From positions 2,844,699 through 2,908,698 of the forward strand of contig CM082581.2 in assembly GCA_040954595.2 (NCBI GenBank): a DNA stretch of 64,000 bases. Direction: 5' to 3'. Shown one piece after another: positions 22,870 through 35,700 of this stretch. Source of the DNA: Balanoglossus misakiensis. Its lineage: Eukaryota; Animalia; Hemichordata. Under the pieces are notes generated by a model that was not told where the DNA came from, made no database searches, and saw only the letters and a program-made list of their open reading frames with translations. Each line of letters begins with the position of its first letter. Position 1 is the first letter of the stretch. The translations under genes were made by a program, and so were the position numbers.

Positions 22870-25800
22870 ATGCCGATCGTGGTCGAACCCAAGAAGCCTA
22901 GAATGTGTACCGGCATGCGTTTCCTTAACTTATGGATAAATATATCCCTTTCAAACTTTATAAACTGACAGAAATACCTTGTTACCTCATTGAAGGCGAT
23001 CCGCATTTCAAAATGGACGATAAGAGTGGGTACGACCACGTCCTCATTGCTAGAAAAGACAGAACTTATCTTGGTTTTCATTAGGTTGGTGTGTGTTTTG
23101 TTTGATACACCCTTCCATTTGGATGGAAGCTATCTGCATATGTCTACCACACGATAGGGTATTGCCTTACGACTTATACTCGAGACGTGGGTGTACATGT
23201 GTACTATGTATTCAATACATAGATTACATGTATACTGGTGGCCCTCTGCACGTATCCCCGGTAAGGCGGGCGAAAAATAATTGGTCGGGTATGGAGCGCG
23301 CGGAATCAGCCGCATATATCTTGGCAGCGCTGTCGGTAATTACCGGTTATTTTTTGGCAATAGAGAAACTTCATTTTAAGGCCAGTAACCTCTCTAGTGA
23401 TGCTAGCATCCATGACATTTGCTATCCCTCATGATAGAAAGGATAAACTCCTGGAGCTAACAGAAAGCATTCTCACTAAGAGAGCCGTCCCATTATCTCA
23501 AATCCAAAAGGTAATGGGGAAATGTATTTCTTTCACGCTCGCCATCCCATGTGCGAGACTATACATACGACAAATGGCAGGGGCAGTAGCAAAAGCCCCA
23601 AAAACGGCAACATATTTGGTGCCAATTAGAGGCGGCGTACGCGTGGAATTAAATGAATGGAAAATAGTCGTCAATGCCCAGCCATTTACATGGCTGACTA
23701 TGTCGCATGCAAAGTTGCAGCTTGTTACTGACGCTAGTTCGCATTCATGGGGTGCAATTCTGAATCCCGACCGTGATGAGGTAATGATGCCATTAAAGAT
23801 CGATGACATGTGGGACAAAGAATGGAGACAAGAACACATAAGGGACCGTTCAGTTTGTACGGCTGGGGGGCGTCAAGTTTGTGTCATGGGTTTTCAAAAT
23901 CAGGCCGACCCCCCCCCCCCTTCACCCAGGACCAAAAGATGATGACCCCCCCCCCCTTTGACAGGCCAAAAAATATGATGACCCCCCCCCCCACCACGCC
24001 GAAAACATTCGCCGTCCTGATCCTATGTACACTGTATGCAATAAAGGGAATGAGGCTTCCCACACCTCAATTCTAAATTTCTTAAAGTAATTGAAGTTTA
24101 TAGTAGTATATCTTTGCAATAAAAATGAATTATGAATAAATTAAAATGACAAGTCAATGCAATAGTTGGTAGGATTGGTAAAACAAGACAACTGGCGGGG
24201 TGGGTGTGGGAGGGGGTGTCCCCTGCAACATGAAAATTTTTTGTAAAATACGGTGCTCAAAATAGCATTTTAATGAACTCAAAAGCAAATTAACTCAATA
24301 TTGGGGAGGACCAATTTTACTTTTGCCACTCCACTCAAAGTATGCATCGGTGTTAGAAAATGTTGTAAAATAAAGGGCGCAAAACTGCAATTTTGTGGAC
24401 TCAAAAGCAAAAGTTTTGTGGCAAAAGTAGGTGACCCCCCCCCCCGTAAACTTTTTTTTTAAACGATGACCCCCCCCCCTTTTGGACTTCAAAATTTAAG
24501 TGACCCCCCCCCCCTGGATTTTGCAGCCCCCCCCCCCTCCCCCGCCGCTACGTTTACGCCACCGTTGAGTTGGCTGTTTGGTCCAAGGTTCGCCATTCAC
24601 TAAGGCTTGTCAATTTTGGGGACCTCAGTCCGACATAATTTCCGTTACAATATGCAATGCTAGGCTAGATGTATTCTATTCGGATTCTATGGTGCTGGTA
24701 AAAACTTAGAAGGGAGGTTATCCCGGCTCAAAATCTACGAAACTGAACCAAGTTTTGAAGGCCATTTTCCACTTCTGCGTAAAGCAGAATATCCAGTTGA
24801 GGTTAACACACATCCCTTCACTCAGCAACAGAGCGGATGACGCCTCCCGAGAAATCGCGATGGGCGTAAAAAAACTTAGCCGATTCCGTGTGGAGGAAAA
24901 TAGAACAGAAAATGTAGACGCCATGGCCAAGCAATCAAATGCAAAATTAACGCGTTTCATTGCCCATCAACCGTAACCTGGATGCGACGGTCATGAAGGT
25001 TTAGATTTTTTCTGCATACATCTTCAAGAATAATGACAACCTGTATAAATACCCCGTTTCCAATCAATCAGCCGTAGTCGCGCATGTAATAAAGCAAAGG
25101 TTGCAAGCTACTCTTGTTTTAGAGTTTGCTGGATCCACCCCCGTGTGCTGGCTCGTGGTAAAAGAATGCGCATCAGAATACTGTCGAGTGGCGACTAAGA
25201 GGGATAAGAATGCTATATTAGTCTCGGTAAAGGGGGGCTTTACACCGTACATCCTGCGTGGTGTTCTCGTCGCGGCGCACTTCGGACACTAGAGACATAT
25301 ATGTATAATGAGCGCGCATTCTTGAAATGTAAGTCAAATATAATAGTAAAATTGATTAATAAAAACAACAACAACAGCAACAACTAAATAATGTAATAAC
25401 TATTGGTGTTTTATATATGTTTAATTTAGGGCTGTTGGTTATGTGGCGCCCCGATAAAACCCAGTAATGCCGACGACCAAGCCAGCAATTGCCATATATG
25501 CTCGGCGAAATCGCTGAAGACAACAATAGGAGCTAACCCCAAAACGCTTCAAGTAGACGTCCACCAGATTGACTCTCGTATGAAGGAGATTTGGGGAGAA
25601 AAATCACCATATGAGATCCAAAAGGAAAATATGATGCGAAATTTGGAGGAATTCCAGCAACTTTTGTCTGACAGAAAAGGACTAACAGAAGCCTCCCCAA
25701 AAGATATTGTTAGATTTCTGATATTCAAGAACAAGGGAGCACGTACTCAAGTGCATAATGAATTGTGCCCGTATCTTGGTGACACGGCTGACTGTAATAG

Positions 25801-26020
25801 GCGCTGCGGCTGCCCCAAACGGCTTAGGTGTAGTACAATTATTAAAGAATGTCGTTGCAAAATTAAGTTCGTTTTATAACGCCATGCACAATATTGGCGT
25901 ATCCAGTTAAAATCCCGTGGCTTCTATTATGGTTGATAGATATGTTAAGAAATCAGCCGAAGAACAAGCAAGAGCACTCATCACCTCAAAACAGGCGGTT
26001 GGAGATCGGAAAAGACAGCT
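22870..26020 (+). mobile_element. Decayed DIRS-type (tyrosine-recombinase) retrotransposon: RT, RNase H and ALOG-type YR N-terminal domain fragments
   Basis: PIVVEPKKPRMC, KMDDKSGYDHV (RT); LVTDASSHSWGAIL and THIPSLSNRADDASRE (DIRS RNase H); DIVRFLIFKNKGARTQVHNELCPYLG...CGCPKRL (ALOG zinc motif); frameshifts and stops present. Confidence 0.8.
23840..24560 (+). mobile_element. G/C-tract-rich non-autonomous DNA element (Harbinger/PIF-like MITE) interrupting the DIRS RNase H
   Basis: Begins TA-AGGGACCGTTCAG, splits the RNase H frame; its 23900-24290 part recurs inverted at about 53170-53500. Confidence 0.6.
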
Positions 26021-27115
26021 CACCATTACATGCAATTAGAAAAAAATACAAAGGCTAAAGCACCAAGTTCAAAACTTATAACCGTTACCGGAGAAGATGA
26101 AAAATTAACACAAGAATATAAAAGTTTGTAAACCATAGCAACCACATGCGTAACTGCATTCCCCATGTAAAATAGACAGTTGTACATGACGTACGAAGAT
26201 ACAACGGCAGCCATGTAAAATACCGTAGAGGTCGAGGAGTTAACCAATATCAAGAGGACAGTTCACTAAAATACTACTGTAATGTACGTTCTTTTAGAAG
26301 TGATCATATATCTATACATATCAGAAAACATTTGCAAACACAGGCATTCTTCAAAAGAAATAAAAATGAGCAGAAAAAAAGCAAGAACGATTGTTGTAGT
26401 TTCTTCGGAGTAAAGCGGGCACTTCTGGGGCGAGTGGAAGTATGGAGGTTTGGGATGTTTGGCACGACATAATATTCAAGGAAGGCGTTATAACTAGCAT
26501 ATATAAGTGGAGGCAAAAAGATATCTCGCACTCCAATACTTATAACAATAGGGTGTATTAATGAGCTGCTGACACTACACTCGTGAAAGGGGTCAGGTAT
26601 GGGCCCATAATGTGTTGTGCATCGCTGTGATTGGAAGTTTGTATCGATTTTGCTGGTTGGTCAATATAAACATTTACCCGACTTGAGCGGCATTGACATT
26701 GGCATTTATCCCCAAAATCATTTACTATTTTGTCCATTGCCAACAGACGCCGTTCACAGTTTTGAGAATTTTTACCACCTGCAATATGTATTCCGCCATA
26801 TTTGGGAGCAATCTCTGTTGCGAGGAAGTTGCATGAAACCTCCCGTCTGAACCTGATGCCACTAAGAAAGAGTTTTAGACACAAGCTTCTATTTGTCTGG
26901 AAAAGAGTTTACAGTGGCAATTCATAACAGAGCTCAGTGAGCATAACTGCAGTTATAGAACTTTAACCAAGCTAATGTTTTCATATCAATGAAAAATACC
27001 AGGATGTAAAGATCATGAGGTGGTCATGAAAATGACACAATTGTTCAAGACTTGAACTAGCAATGTAAAAAGACAATGAGCCATAGAGTATATTTGTGAG
27101 AATTTTTTTATTTAT

Positions 27116-30100
27116 TTAAAACAAACCAAGCTTAGTTTTTCCAGTTTTAATTTGAGGAAACAAATATTTTGTAAAAAGCTGAACAAATATTTTTCTGACA
27201 TCACTATTGTCGACAAGCCTCTTGCTTTTCACATCTCTCCAGTTCCAATCCAAGATCACATATTTTAGATATCTTAAATTCAGAGCATTGTTTTCAAGAA
27301 GGGATATTATCCTGAATGGTGTTCCGATGCCGAAATGCACTTTGTGCTTGTTCAGATATTCCACTTGGTCTTCAATCTTCAAAACAAAACAAAACAAAAC
27401 AAACCAATATAATCAATGGAATGTACATTATGAAAAAAGGGAAAATTCTTGTCCCCTCTGTTGATAAACTGTCCCTGAATAAAATCCAAAGCAATCAAAT
27501 CATTTCAATTAAAACCATTACTCCTGTTGTTATGCAACTTAGCCATAGGGCTTTCACAAATTCTGAGGTACAACACTGCACTACACAAACAATTTTTATA
27601 ATCAGCTGATATTGGGACAACACATTGTTAGCCCATCAGAAACTCTTTAACTCTGCTGTATGTTATCCTGAGCTGTCATATCTTGTGTAGTGTATAGAAT
27701 AAAAAAAATACAGTACCACCTGTCTAAACTAAACACAAACAATTTTTATAATCAGCTGATATTGGGACAACACATTGTTAGCCCATCAGAAACTCTTTAA
27801 CTCTGCTGTATGTTATCCTGAGCTGTCATATCTTGTGTAGTGTATAGAATAAAAAAAATACAGTACCACCTGTCTAAACTAAACACCGAACTGACTGAAG
27901 AAAGGTTTGCAGAGTTTTCCAATTTATACAGGTTCTTTTATACACGTTTCTTGATTAGATAGGGTTTGGTTTAGAAAGGTCTTGCTGTATTATCCAACTA
28001 TTATACACTTTACCTTCATGTGTTTTGCAAATAGTTTCACACTGTTACATTTCCCTTTGAAGTCAACTGCCTGTCTGTTTACATCCACAGCTCTTTTTGC
28101 TGAGCTGGTGATCACTAGAACTATAGGTGAATTAGTCTTCTTGTGTTTCTCCGATGATATCAGTTCTGACCAGTTTGGAATGACATCATTCAAGTAAAGA
28201 GATACAGACTGTAATGTTTTATTAGTTGGTAAAACATGATTGTCTGTAATGTAAAGAAAAGGGAAAAGTTGTACTGTAAATACACTAAATTTCTATTGCT
28301 GATTCACCATACATCATTACATGACAATGCATATTACAGTGTATACATTTTAAAGAGCCAAATATTTCATCGAGGACAGTTGGTAAACCCCAATAAACAT
28401 TTTTTTTTCATTACCATAAGCTGAGTTACGCATATTTGAACTTTACTTTGATGTGGTGTTTAAAGGAACTCAACTTATTTTTTTTTTGCATTTTGTCATT
28501 CAAAAGAATTAGACTAGAGTGATTGTCACTTCCTCTCATTTGAAACTAGTGCCTCCATTGACATGATAAGAAAACTTTAATTTTCGTTGTCTCAGGGAGT
28601 TAAGGGTTAAAGGGACAAAGTCTCTCTCTCTCGCTGCCCTTTTCCATTAATTATGTTTGATACAAGACACTGCTTATGTTATTCTACATTAGGATATATA
28701 GTGAATCAACATTTGACCACACACAACTTCTATCCTGTTTGTAGGATATGAGAGTAAAGATCTTGCCAAAATGAATAAATGGTTAACACCGATTATTCAC
28801 TTAGGCGAGTTTTTCACTCTCGTGTCTACAAGTGGGATGGAAGGTGTGTGTGGTCGAACTTTGATTCACTATATATCCACATGCATAATAACATAAACCA
28901 TGTCTTGTATCAAATATAATTAATGGGAAAAGGGCAGCGCGAGAGAGACTTTGTCCCTTTAATCCATGCTTTTTCTGTGGTACATGGGGATACATAGTTT
29001 AATGCACAGACAGGCTCAAATATTATGCATTTGTCAAGCCCCTTCAGCCTCCCAAAAAGGGTTTATACATTTTTCTCAATTTTTGTACAGATACAAGACA
29101 CAAATTTGAAGTCATTATGCCATGGGCTTTTCCCTTTACATACCTTCAAGCATCATTTCTTCTTTTTCGACAACTGATAGCTTCTCTGGCATTTCTTTCA
29201 GTAGAAATTCATTCAAATTTTCAAGTCCTGCTCCTGTTTGACTTGTCTCTTTTTGTAATTGTTCTGTGATTTTCTAAAAGGAAAAAAATATAATTGTAAG
29301 CAGTTTCAATAACACTATTGTGAAAAGTTCCAGTTACCCAGACTTGGGGCTACTTTATCATTATTGTGGGTATCAACTGTCGTTTCTTGATCTACCTGTA
29401 CTGTGTAAAACATAAGGATCAACTGATCACAAAACATCTCTGGCTTCACACATGAATTCTGAATGCAAAGCTAAGTTAGGAATACTTTGATACTTACCCT
29501 TCTCTTGTGTTTCTTTTTTGTTGTTTTTGTCACATTGCCATCTTTGTAGTTTTCATCTTTGATTTTTCTTTTGTTTGTCTTTGTTTCAGTCTGAATATTT
29601 TCACTGCAGTCTTCACCTACATATAAGGAGAATTCTAAGTAAGTTTCCATGCCAGCAAAACAACCTCTTTTTAACAAATAATTTCCAGTCAATGATCCTA
29701 TGCGATGTACATGTACATACATTGCATGCCTACATGTAAATACAAGGTATGGCCACTTTGTATTGTCGTTGTTGAAATAGTGGTCACAAAACTTTGGCTT
29801 CAAAACTCTCTCAAAGAAAATGTCTTTTCACAGTCTGTGGTTTGTTCATGCTCCTTCTGGTAACGTTGCAAAATTTCCAGTTGTTCAAATTTACACTATA
29901 ATTGAACATGAAAAGAGCAAGTGATTTGAATAAGTTTTTAAGTTAGTTATTACCATACAGAGCCCCATGAAATGCAAATATCTGACATATACTGAACTAA
30001 AAATTATCATCCGATTTTCTCAATGTTATATGAATATTGCCCACTAAATGTTTTATGTAGGTTCATAGCATGAGATTTAAAAAGTACTGGTAAGCTGGAA

Positions 30101-31938
30101 ATCACTCTCCTAAAATTATCTGCGGGAGTGGTGGGCGAGTGATTTAACAGCTCTCCGTATGATCTTGACTGGGTTTCCTTTTGGTTTTGCATTAAGGACG
30201 CAATATATATATTTATTTTATTAAATGTTTTTGTTGAAAAATACTGCCTCAAGTTGAATAAAGAAACATTTTGAACTGCCACTGTCCTGTAAGACGGCAA
30301 ATGTATGGTTACCAGTAGACTGCAATGTGATGCTTTGAATTCAGCTCTTATCTATCACCCTTTAGGGACTCGTCAGTTTCTTAAAGGGGAAATCCGGCTG
30401 ATTTCTACATATTTGGTAGCTTTGAGGTCACTCTTACAGAAAAAAAACATATTCGCAATGTATTAGTCGCGCGATTTTTTACAAAATCGAGGGAAAGTTG
30501 GCAGAATTTCCAATATGGCGTTAACTGTAATTTGAATCATGGGAAAAAAGCGCCAGGACCAACTTCCGCCCACCTTGGTGTGGGTGATACCATTTTCCGA
30601 TTGGTGTCACTGCGTCACAGGCTAAGCGTATTTGTATATTTTTCATGGGTTATAGCTCATGAAAACTGTCAATAGATGACACATTTTCGACTTTGCTGAT
30701 GATTGTTTATCAACTGATGCAAAGAACAAACAATAGCTATGAAAATACGCCTAGTCTGTCGCCCAGTGACACCAAATCGGAGAATGTTATCACCCACACC
30801 ATGGTGGGCGGAAGTCAGTCCTGGCGCTTTTTTTCCCATGATTCAAATTACAGTAAACGCCATATTGGAAATTCTGCCAACTTTCCCTCGATTTTGTAAA
30901 AAAAAGCGCGACTTATACATGGCGAACATTTTTTTTTCTGATAAAGTGTCCTCAAAGCTACCAAATTATGTAGAAATCAGCTACGCCGGATTTCCCCTTT
31001 AAGCCAAGTGTGGGGAGGAGGGGGGGGGGGCGGTGAATTGTAGGGGATCACCCTGTTTTGGAATTGAATGATGGGGGAGAGGGTCACCTTGTTTTGGAAA
31101 TGCTGAATGAGGGACACAAAAATGCATTTTCAAGCTCTTTATATCACAAAATTTTCTAATGAGAGAGGGGGACACCCCCTCCCACACCTTCACTCTACGA
31201 CACCTTTCATGTATTACATGTAGCTGGTTTGTCTTACTGTACCAGGCAGCACATGGTACTTGCCTTCCCCCTACTCATGGTAACTTTGACTCATTTTTTT
31301 ATTTGAGGGGCAAAAGGTGAAATTTGTCCTCCCAACATTGTTAATTTGCTTTTCTGTTCATTAAAATGCTGCTTTGAGCTCTGTATTTTATAAAAATAAT
31401 TTCTAATGTGTGAGGGGGACACCCCCTCCCACTCCTTCATTTCTCTTGATTTACATATACTATGTCTGCTAACTATCACAATGACTTGTATTATCTTATT
31501 GATATTCAAATTTATGCATACATGCAAATTGTCACTGTTATTCATTTGCGAAGTTTTTGAAAGTTGGCATGGGGGGGGGGGGGTCACCCACTTTTCAATA
31601 TGCAATAAAGGGGGGGGGTCACCCACTTTTTTTGATATCGACAAAATAGAATCCACCGCCCCACCCCCAGGCTGAAGAAACCGACAAGTCCCTTATGAAC
31701 AACTAAAACACTGTTACGCCAAGTTGCGGGTAGGTGCCCTGAAAAGTTAATTTCGAGTCCTGAGCCCTACGATTCCCCTTGACGTTTTTGTCCTCCGTCC
31801 AAAACAAAAATCGTCAAGGGGAGTCGTAGGGTTACAAAACTGCAACAAACCTCTTTCAAGCTCCTCATCACTGAGTTCTTCGTTTTCATCGCCAGTGTCG
31901 GCTTTCAACCACCATTCGTCGGCAAGTCCATCAGCCAT
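27116..31938 (-). CDS. CMSS1: CMS1 ribosomal small subunit homolog
   Basis: Exons 31938-31851 (MADGLADEWW), 29616-29498, 29273-29144, 28243-28014 (SSAKRAV...KLFAKHMK), 27376-27116 (GIGTPFRI...VILDWNWRDVK...KLGLF stop). Confidence 0.92.
27583..27886. repeat. Tandem duplication of a 150-bp unit
   Basis: acacaaacaatttttataatcagctg...ctaaactaa begins at 27583 and again at 27733; copies appear identical by eye. Confidence 0.9.
28611..28958. mobile_element. Palindromic TTAA-flanked MITE (Kolobok-like), family A
   Basis: TTAA|AGGGACAAAGTCTCTCTC...GAGAGAGACTTTGTCCCT|TTAA; related copies at 55206, 58834, 61801. Confidence 0.85.
30363..31695. mobile_element. Harbinger/PIF-like MITE hosting a nested foldback element
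   Basis: Imperfect TIRs TAGGGACTCGTCAGTTTCTT / AAGAAACCGACAAGTCCCTTA; poly-G tracts. Confidence 0.6.
30385..30998. mobile_element. Foldback TTAA-flanked MITE (Kolobok-like)
   Basis: TTAA|AGGGGAAATCCGGC...GCCGGATTTCCCCT|TTAA, with long inverted arms of roughly 270 bp. Confidence 0.85.
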
Positions 31939-32704
31939 GCTTGGTTTCTCCGACCGGAAGTTGAACAGAAACCGACATTCGTTTATTTCTAAAATGTCGG
32001 TTCGGCTAAAAAGAAAATAGTACGCGGATTCCAAACTTCGAACAAACAAGAAGGAATTAGCAGAAATAAGGCAAATTTATCATTACATAAACATAATAAT
32101 AACGTGTTAAAGGTACGAAATGCGACAGAAATTCTGAAAAATAGAGCTACAAATTAAGTATTGCTTTTAGTTTCCGCGTTGATCCGAAACACATGAAACA
32201 GATGAGGCCAACTTGCACGGGAGCTGTTACAGTTGCAGCACAATATAAATGTTACCTGTTTTTTAAAATAGTTTTGATGAGAGTTTCTGATCAGGTATTG
32301 TCACGGGCAGATATTTGTTTTATCAGTTATTTCCAGCGATGCTGTGTGGGTCAGCCATGGAGGTGTATTTGAATCCGAAACGAATCTGATGTGTAAACTT
32401 TCTGAAATCGCATCGCACTTCCGATGCGCAGAATGCATGCAGGTTTGCAGGTAGCGTTGTTGATGTTAGTGAACTATTTCCTTCACAGACTGTCTTTTTG
32501 TGGTTAGGAATAACCCAAAGCTCGTCTTTTGGCTGGTTTCGACCCATAATATTCCAAGGAACCCATCTAAATCGTGTCCGGGATCAGGAGCGTTATAATT
32601 TATATTTTTTCAATGGAGCCACCACAGCTGAGATGAGCTATTACTATTAGCGTCTGCAGATCGCCTGTGTTTATTATGCGACAGTGACCTTGGTAGGATC
32701 CGTC
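31939..32704. promoter_or_regulatory. Probable bidirectional promoter between CMSS1 and C2CD5
   Basis: Head-to-head ATGs about 770 bp apart; ETS-type CCGGAAGT near 31955. Confidence 0.6.
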
Positions 32705-35700
32705 ATGCCAGGAAAACTAAAAGTACGCGTGATAGCAGGCAGAGACCTGCCTGTAATGGACAGGGCCAGTGAAAGGGCCGATGCGTTTGTTGAGGTAAGG
32801 CAAGAAATTAATACACACTCACAGTCATGTTATTGATTGAGTTGTCATGCCTTGTATGTGTTGTATTTGCATGTAACTGTCGTCGGTTTCCTGAAACTTG
32901 TTGTAGTGCCAGAGTGCAATGCGTGATATCATGCAAGTTGTACGTAACTTTGTATGAATTTCCAGCGGATTTGAAGCAAAATGATGCATGTCATTGTCAT
33001 CCTTGTGCGGTAAATGATCCCTGCATTTTTCGAGTGCCAGAGTCGTCTAGTACTAAAATAGGAGTGCAATGCTCGGCCAGATAGTAGAGCGGCATAACAG
33101 ATTGATTGTGCATTTTGTGATAAAAGCACCAAACTTGGCTGAGATGTGTGTTAATGTGTACTAAACAAATTCAGATAGCGAGCCACTAAATATATGTTGA
33201 AGAGTTTCCCTGGCAACAATTTTTTGTTCATTTTTCTTTCAAAATGGCCGCCAATACAGATAATCTCACTCATAAAATAACAACTGTCAAACACCAAAAT
33301 AAATTCAGATTACAATATTTGAAACAAGAAACTGTGGAAAGAGTAATTTGCACAGTATTTAACATCACTGAACTAGTTATGGGGGTAAATACAGGTTCAA
33401 GATTCTTCAGTCGCTAAAGAAATTCAAGTTTGGTAATTATAGCTTAACAAATTTAGTTAAAACAATGTTGTTATTATTATTATTTATTTATTATCGAGAG
33501 CCAGCTCATATAAAAAGGACAAGTATATACAAAATTACAGCCAACACACAGACATTAAATAAAAATAAAAAACACACATTGAGAGACATTAAGATACAGC
33601 TAGTAAGGTTAAAAAGTCTAAAAATTCAAATGCAGTCAAGAAAGAATCTCTTCCAAAACGTACTATGATACATTATAAAAGGGTTGATTCCCACGACAAT
33701 AAGAGAGTTCTTGCTCTTCCACAACCTAAGATAAAATTTTGAGTGCAGAGTACGCTGTTTACAATCAAATGTTAAAATATTGCTATGAACAAAGGTATTA
33801 GAAATACTAATCCTTCTGTTGATCCCTAACAATATCCTATAGCTGTTGTTATATGCAACTCGGACATCATTTAAGCAATAACTATTAAAAACACTCCAAA
33901 GGTGGGAGCAATACATAGAAGAACAAAAAACTTGAAATAAACGAATTTTGACTTTATAAGTACAGTTCCAAAAATTACGTATTAACGAGTTGGCTCTGGC
34001 ATAAAAAAGCCTCATTTGTCGTTTTATATCGTCGCTATCGTCTCCATTGGTATTAAAAATAACCCCCAGGTAAGAGTGCTTGTTAACAAACAACAGCTTC
34101 TCCCCATACAAATACACATGTGGGATCTTCAAATTATTAAACTTTTTAGGGAGAATACACAGACATTTAGATTTAATTGCATTAAAAACAATATCATGAT
34201 CATTTGCATAATGGGTGCACACATTTAAGAGATTATTAATTCCTTTCGCACTGGGGCAGATCAATACTATATCATCTGCATATAACAGATGGTTCATACA
34301 TTTACCACCAAGATGACACCCAATATTTTTTTTGACAAGTAAGTCACTAAGCTTGTCGACATAAACTGAAAACAGACGCGGGGAAAGTATGCTCCCCTGT
34401 CTTACACCATTGCGAGTATTAAAACTCTCAGAAAGAACTGTACCCCATCGAACAACAAACTCTTGTATAACCATAAATATATAATACATGTATTATAAAA
34501 GTGGCCTGGCATAACCAAAATTTTCATAACATTCCTGCATTTTGTGATAAAAGTGTTAGTTTAACAAGTGATTCATCCCTCATCAATGAAACTCTGCCAC
34601 CAGGCTATAGCATCATCAGTGTTCCGCGTAAAGGTCGTGGGGGAGGCATCGCTACGATTTTTAAATCTTCACTGTTAGTGTCACAATGTCCACCTTCTAC
34701 CTCAATCAAGTCGTTTGAATTAATGGAGGTACGTATAAAAACTCCATCGTCGCATATCACACTAGCCACGGTTTACCGTCCTCCTCCGAATAAAACAAAT
34801 GGTTTCACTGTTGATGACTTCGTTAATGACTTCACTGACTTCTTGTCTTCTCATCTCACCAACAACGCCCCTCTTGTCATCACTGGCGACTTCAATTTTC
34901 ATATTGACAATCTGAACTGCCCAAATGCCCGGAAATATCATGACATTCTGGAGTCGTTTTCTATGAGTCAATTGATAACTTCTCCTACACATCGTGCTGG
35001 CCATACTATTGACCATATCATTACTCGTGCTGATGACAGTACCATCGCTGATGTCCGAGTTGAACCGATCCATGCGATCTCTGATCATTTCCCAGTGTTA
35101 TTCTCAATACGCAATTACTCTTACGTTAGAAACACGCGTAAATCTGTTACATCAAGGGATATGAAATCCTTTTCCGTTAATGGTTTCGCTGCTGAATTAT
35201 CTGCATCCATCCGCCTTCAACCCGATGCTGACGTATCTACTAATTGGGATTTGCTTAAAAACACTGTTAGCGATATATTTGATCGCCATGCACCAACCCG
35301 TGTGAGACTAGTGCCAAATAGGCGACCAGTGCCATGGATTAATCAGTCAATCATCGATGCCCGGTTGAAAAGAATGAAGGCAGAAAAAATGTGGAGAAAA
35401 TCTAGGTTGGAAGTACATCGCCAGATTTACAGGGCCTGTCGGACCGACGTCGTTCGCCTTGTGGATGCTGCTAAAAAGAACCATTATGTCGGCCTTGTTG
35501 ACGAGTGCTCAGGTAACCAAAAACAATTATTCAAGGTCGTAAAGGGACTGCTTGGTCACAATAACACATCCACTGTACTACCAAAACATGATGATTCTCT
35601 GGAATTAGCAAATCGTTTTGCAAAATTCTTCATTAATCGCGTAAAATCACTAACTATAAATATGGGCAATTCCATTCGACATCATTCACAACCACAAACT

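Noticed and set aside
27583-27886. CRISPR-like array
   Set aside because: Only two long contiguous units, no spacers or cas genes, eukaryotic context
34501-34568. N-terminus of the 934-aa LINE ORF
   Set aside because: GTG start in unrelated flanking sequence; the APE domain is 5'-truncated, so it is not a real start
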